Below, piece after piece: positions 60,518 to 64,000 of a stretch of DNA of 64,000 bases. Source of the stretch: Caldilineae bacterium. GTDB lineage: Bacteria; Chloroflexota; Anaerolineae; DTLA01. Positions within the stretch are counted from its first letter, which is position 1. The number at the start of each line of letters is the position of its first letter. Under the pieces are notes generated by a model. It had not been told where the DNA came from. It saw nothing but the letters and a program-made list of their open reading frames with translations, and made no database searches. A program made the position numbers and the translations under genes. The stretch spans positions 7,641-71,640 of the forward strand of contig JBBIHX010000002.1 of the NCBI GenBank assembly GCA_037446815.1. The letters run 5' to 3'.

Positions 60518-61440
60518 GAATCTACAACGACATCTCGGAAACCATCGGAAACACGCCCCTGGTCAGGCTGAACCGAGTAACCGCCGGACTCCAGGCCACC
60601 GTCGTCGCCAAGATTGAGGCGTTCAACCCCCTGGGCAGCGTGAAGGACCGCATCGGCGCCGCGATGATCCGCGCTGCCGAGCAAGCCGGCCTCATCCATG
60701 AAGACACCATCATCCTGGAGCCCACCAGCGGGAATACCGGCATCGCCCTGGCGGCGGTCTGCGCGGCCAGGGGATATCGCCTCGTGCTCACCATGCCCGA
60801 GACCATGAGCGTGGAACGGCGCAAATTGCTCCAGGCGCTTGGCGCGGAACTCATCCTCACCCCCGGAGCCGAGGGCATGGCCGGGGCCGTCCGCAGGGCC
60901 GAAGAGATGGCAGCGGCGGACAGCCGCTATTTTATCCCGCAGCAGTTCCGCAATCCGGCGAACCCCGACATCCATCGCCGCACCACGGCAGAGGAAATCT
61001 GGCGCGACACCGACGGCCAGGTGGACATCTTCGTGGCGGGCGTCGGCACGGGCGGCACCATCACGGGCGTGGCCGAGCGGCTGAAGCAGTACAAGCCCGG
61101 GCTCCTTGCCGTGGCCGTGGAACCGGCGGCGTCGCCCGTGCTGTCGGGAGGGCAGCGCGGACCCCACAAGATACAGGGCATCGGCGCGGGGTTCATCCCC
61201 GATGTACTGCGGCTAGACCTCGTGGATGAGATTGTTCGGGTTGCGGACAGCGACGCGATGGCAATGGCGAGACGGCTCGCCAGGGAGGAGGGCCTTCTGG
61301 TGGGCATCTCCTCGGGCGCGGCGGCGTTCGCGGCATTACAGGTGGCCGCCCGTGCCGAGAATGCCGGCCGTCTCATCGTCGTCGTGCTGCCCGACACGGG
61401 CGAACGCTACCTCAGCACCGAGTTGTTCGCGCCTGCGTAG
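60514..61440 (+). CDS. cysK: Cysteine synthase A (O-acetylserine sulfhydrylase)
   Basis: PLP-Lys motif SVKDR, GTGGT loop; 4-nt overlap with the rrf2 stop. Confidence 0.9.
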   Translation: MRIYNDISETIGNTPLVRLNRVTAGLQATVVAKIEAFNPLGSVKDRIGAAMIRAAEQAGLIHEDTIILEPTSGNTGIALAAVCAARGYRLVLTMPETMSVERRKLLQALGAELILTPGAEGMAGAVRRAEEMAAADSRYFIPQQFRNPANPDIHRRTTAEEIWRDTDGQVDIFVAGVGTGGTITGVAERLKQYKPGLLAVAVEPAASPVLSGGQRGPHKIQGIGAGFIPDVLRLDLVDEIVRVADSDAMAMARRLAREEGLLVGISSGAAAFAALQVAARAENAGRLIVVVLPDTGERYLSTELFAPA

Positions 61441-61471
61441 GAATTAGGCCGAGTGGGAACCCGGAGGACCC

Positions 61472-62461
61472 ATGCTCGCACGCATCAAGGAAGACATCGC
61501 TACCGTTTTTGCCAAAGACCCAGCGGCTCGTACCGTGTGGGAAGTGCTGTTCTGCTATCCGGGGCTGCACGCGATCTGGCTACATCGCATCGCGCACGCC
61601 CTATGGGTGCGGCGGCTTCACTTCATCGCCCGCCTGGTTTCCCACGTCAACCGCTGGCTCACGGGCGTGGAGATTCACCCGGGCGCCAAGATCGGCCGTC
61701 GCTGCTTTATCGACCACGGGATGGGTGTCGTCATCGGCGAGACGGCGGAAATCGGGGATGACGTGCTGCTCTACCAGGGGGTTGTCCTGGGTGGCACCAG
61801 TTCGGAGAAGGTGAAGCGGCATCCCACCGTGGGCAATCACGTCGTCATCGGGGCGGGCGCCATCGTGCTGGGGCCCATCCACATCGGCGACCGCGCGCGG
61901 ATTGGCGCGGGATCCGTCGTCGTTAAGTCAGTCCCGCCCGGCATGACCGTGGTCGGCGTCCCGGGCCGCTTCGCCGAACCCGAGCGCGAGGCTGCACCCA
62001 AACCCGACCTGGCCCACGGCGACCTGCCCGACCCCGCGCTCAAGACCCTGGCCGAGGTCCTGGCGCGGCAGAGCCAGTTGGAACAGCGCCTGCAGGACCT
62101 TGAGAAGACGCTGGCGACGGTGGCCGGTGCCGCCCTGGCGACGGAGGCCAGGCGCGAGGGCATTGACCAGGGCCACGTGCTGGCCGCGCTGCGAGAGGTG
62201 ATTGACCCCGAAGTGGGCATCAGCGTCGTGGACCTGGGCCTGATTCGCGACATCGCCGTCAACGGCAACCGCGTGGACATCACGATGACGCTGACAACGG
62301 CGGCGTGCCCCCTGGCCGACTATCTGGTGGAGCAGGTGCGGCGCAAGATCAGCGCCATCCGCCCGGATGCCCGGGTGGAGGTAACGCTGAAAGGCCCCGC
62401 GCACAACGGGACACAAATCCCGGAGTCCGCCGGCGCGAACGCTAGCCCACCGCGTCAATGA
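61472..62461 (+). CDS. cysE: Serine O-acetyltransferase (CysE) fused to a C-terminal DUF59/MIP18-family (Fe-S assembly-associated) domain
   Basis: Hexapeptide-repeat region ([28 protein letters not shown]...). C-terminal ~95 aa [22 protein letters not shown]...[13 protein letters not shown], as in DUF59 proteins. Confidence 0.8.
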   Translation: MLARIKEDIATVFAKDPAARTVWEVLFCYPGLHAIWLHRIAHALWVRRLHFIARLVSHVNRWLTGVEIHPGAKIGRRCFIDHGMGVVIGETAEIGDDVLLYQGVVLGGTSSEKVKRHPTVGNHVVIGAGAIVLGPIHIGDRARIGAGSVVVKSVPPGMTVVGVPGRFAEPEREAAPKPDLAHGDLPDPALKTLAEVLARQSQLEQRLQDLEKTLATVAGAALATEARREGIDQGHVLAALREVIDPEVGISVVDLGLIRDIAVNGNRVDITMTLTTAACPLADYLVEQVRRKISAIRPDARVEVTLKGPAHNGTQIPESAGANASPPRQ

Positions 62462-62918
62462 GTTCCGCGTCCACCGCGCGGATGAGGTCGTGAGGCGAAA
62501 GCCGCAGGTTCACCCCGCGCTTGCCCGCGCTGACCATGACGCGTTCATGCGCGAGCGCGGAGCGGTCCAAGTACACCGGGAACCGCTTATCGCGGAGCGC
62601 CAGCGCGGAGATTCCGCCCACTTGCAACCCGGTCAACGCCTCGGCTTCCCGATGCGAAGCCATCGCGACCTTCTTCTCCCCGACCGCCGCCGCCACCTTG
62701 CGCAGATCCACTTCGCTATCACCGGGAGCGATGACCAGCAACGGCTTTCCGCTGGGCTGCAGAAGGACTAGCGTCTTGAACACTTCGTTCGCCGGCAGCC
62801 CTGTGGCTTCTGCCACGCCCACGGCCGAATGGATGTCGGGCGAGAACGTGTAGACCTCGTAGGGGATGCCCAGCCGGTCCAGAAGTCGCATGCTGTTCGT
62901 CTTTTCCATGTCCGCCAT
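62442..62918 (-). CDS. YbaK/ProX-type aminoacyl-tRNA deacylase domain protein
   Basis: YbaK/EbsC family length and conserved GxxxK/...GG motifs. Confidence 0.75.
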   Translation of the reverse strand: MADMEKTNSMRLLDRLGIPYEVYTFSPDIHSAVGVAEATGLPANEVFKTLVLLQPSGKPLLVIAPGDSEVDLRKVAAAVGEKKVAMASHREAEALTGLQVGGISALALRDKRFPVYLDRSALAHERVMVSAGKRGVNLRLSPHDLIRAVDAELIDAVG

Positions 62919-62931
62919 ACCTCGCGAGGAA

Positions 62932-64000
62932 TCAGGGCATGTAGTCGGCCAGGATGGAATCGCCGATGAACTCTCGCAAGATGGAGTTGTCCGGGACGAG
63001 GTGGGAGTCGCACGGCAAGAACCACTGCAGAAACGCCAGCAGCCGCTTGGCTTCCACGTACTCCGGCGTCCCCGGCTCCACCTGTCGCAGAAGCGGCTCC
63101 GCGAAAGGCTTTAGCACCGCCAACTCGTACGCCAGCGCCGAGTTGAACATCGCATCGGCGTTCTCCTGGTAGGGGAAAATGCGCATCGCCTCGCTCCGCG
63201 TTACGCTCCCCCAGCGGCCGATGGTATTCGCCGCATCGTAGCCCCGCGTGCGGGCATCGCGCACAATGCGCCGCAACAGGCGAGTGTCCGTCGTGGGGAT
63301 ACGATTGTGTCGGTCCAAGTTCAGTTGCGTCAGCGCCGACACGTAAATCCGAAAAACGCTCCCCTGCGGGAGTTCAGGGAGCAACTCCGGGTTCAGGCCG
63401 TGAATCCCCTCGGCGATGACAATCTGGTCCTCCTTGAGGCGAACCCGAGGGCCATCCTCGCGCTTCCCCAGGCGGAAATTGTAATGGGGAAGCATGACCT
63501 CATCTCCGCGGAACAGTTGCAGCAGTTGGCGGTTCAGCAGCGAGCGATCCAGCGCGTCTAGCGACTCAAAGTCGTATGCGCCGTGCTCGTCCACCGGCGT
63601 CTTCTCCCGGTCCACGAAGTAGTCATCCATCGCCAGCGTGAACGGACGCACCCCGTGGGCGAGCAACTGCACCGCCAGGCGCTTGGAGAACGTCGTCTTG
63701 CCGGAGGATGTAGGCCCGGCGATGAGCACAAGCCGCACCTGAGGCCACAGGTCGGCGATCTGGTGAGCAATCGCAGCGATGCGGTCCTCATGAAGCGCCT
63801 CCGAAACGAGCACCGCCTCGCGAATCCGTCGGCTCTCAACCGCCTCGTTCAGCGACCCCACGTCGTTGATGTGCAACAGATTCATCCACGTCGTGTGCTC
63901 GCTGAAAACCGCCGCGAGTTTGGGCGAATCGCGGTACTCCGGCAGAACCAACGGGTTCTCCCTGCGGGGGAAGCGCAGGATGAACCCCGGCGGGTAGGAA
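62932..64000 (-). CDS. Uridine kinase/phosphoribulokinase-family P-loop protein with N-terminal extension; partial (frame open to window end)
   Basis: Walker A GPTSSGKTTFSKRL; Udk-like downstream motifs. No in-frame stop between the tool's TTG start (63951) and position 64000. Confidence 0.6.
   Translation of the reverse strand, partial: SYPPGFILRFPRRENPLVLPEYRDSPKLAAVFSEHTTWMNLLHINDVGSLNEAVESRRIREAVLVSEALHEDRIAAIAHQIADLWPQVRLVLIAGPTSSGKTTFSKRLAVQLLAHGVRPFTLAMDDYFVDREKTPVDEHGAYDFESLDALDRSLLNRQLLQLFRGDEVMLPHYNFRLGKREDGPRVRLKEDQIVIAEGIHGLNPELLPELPQGSVFRIYVSALTQLNLDRHNRIPTTDTRLLRRIVRDARTRGYDAANTIGRWGSVTRSEAMRIFPYQENADAMFNSALAYELAVLKPFAEPLLRQVEPGTPEYVEAKRLLAFLQWFLPCDSHLVPDNSILREFIGDSILADYMP

Overview
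This is a high-GC (roughly two-thirds G+C) bacterial chromosomal segment, densely coding on both strands. There are about 60 protein genes, a tRNA-Phe/Gly/Cys cluster, and no rRNA, CRISPR, transposase or integrase. I could not recognise any non-coding RNA other than the three tRNAs.

Gene content in window order, with protein-level calls made by eye from the supplied translations:
- A giant Ser/Thr kinase-TM-TPR protein next to a TPR+wHTH+BTAD (SARP-like) regulator.
- A DJ-1/PfpI+ferritin-like fusion, an ABC-2 exporter, Fpg/Nei, NagA.
- A minus-strand aldolase / Fe-ADH / LarA operon.
- A DUF4157-like HExxH protein with a lipoprotein and a membrane protein.
- A CpXC zinc-ribbon protein.
- An ECF transporter (EcfA1A2 fusion, EcfT, EcfS).
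- A HepT/MntA toxin-antitoxin pair, a cupin and a SAM methyltransferase.
- An acyl-lipid/CoA cluster: FabG, an atypical KAS-III-like protein, CoA-transferase, alpha/beta hydrolases, MaoC.
- A Liv-type ABC importer and a UbiA prenyltransferase.
- Bcp, SpoIID-like, EamA, AzlCD, ZIP, a flavodiiron protein.
- A 1201-aa SHMT-GcvT fusion convergent with a pfk-gcvH-gcvPA-gcvPB-(receiver-ParA ATPase) operon.
- DUF362-ferredoxin and a Clp1-like P-loop protein.
- An Rrf2-cysK-cysE(DUF59 fusion) operon, YbaK, and a partial uridine-kinase-like gene at the 3' edge.

The most distinctive non-coding signal is a ~145-150 bp palindromic, MITE/REP-like repeat family. It has at least five full copies, all intergenic, plus degenerate and composite relatives. 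Two copies flank the CpXC gene, one sits beside the tRNA cluster, and one causes a spurious N-terminal ORF extension of pfk. I found no canonical defence island beyond HepT/MntA. The items I judge most novel are the SHMT-GcvT tri-domain fusion, the repeat family and its cassette-like arrangement, the inverted-architecture SARP-like regulator paired with a TPR kinase, the CysE-DUF59 fusion under an Rrf2 operator, and a FabH-like protein lacking the catalytic His/Asn. Coordinates are anchored to the supplied ORF track, and start codons were refined by amino-acid counting from ORF ends.
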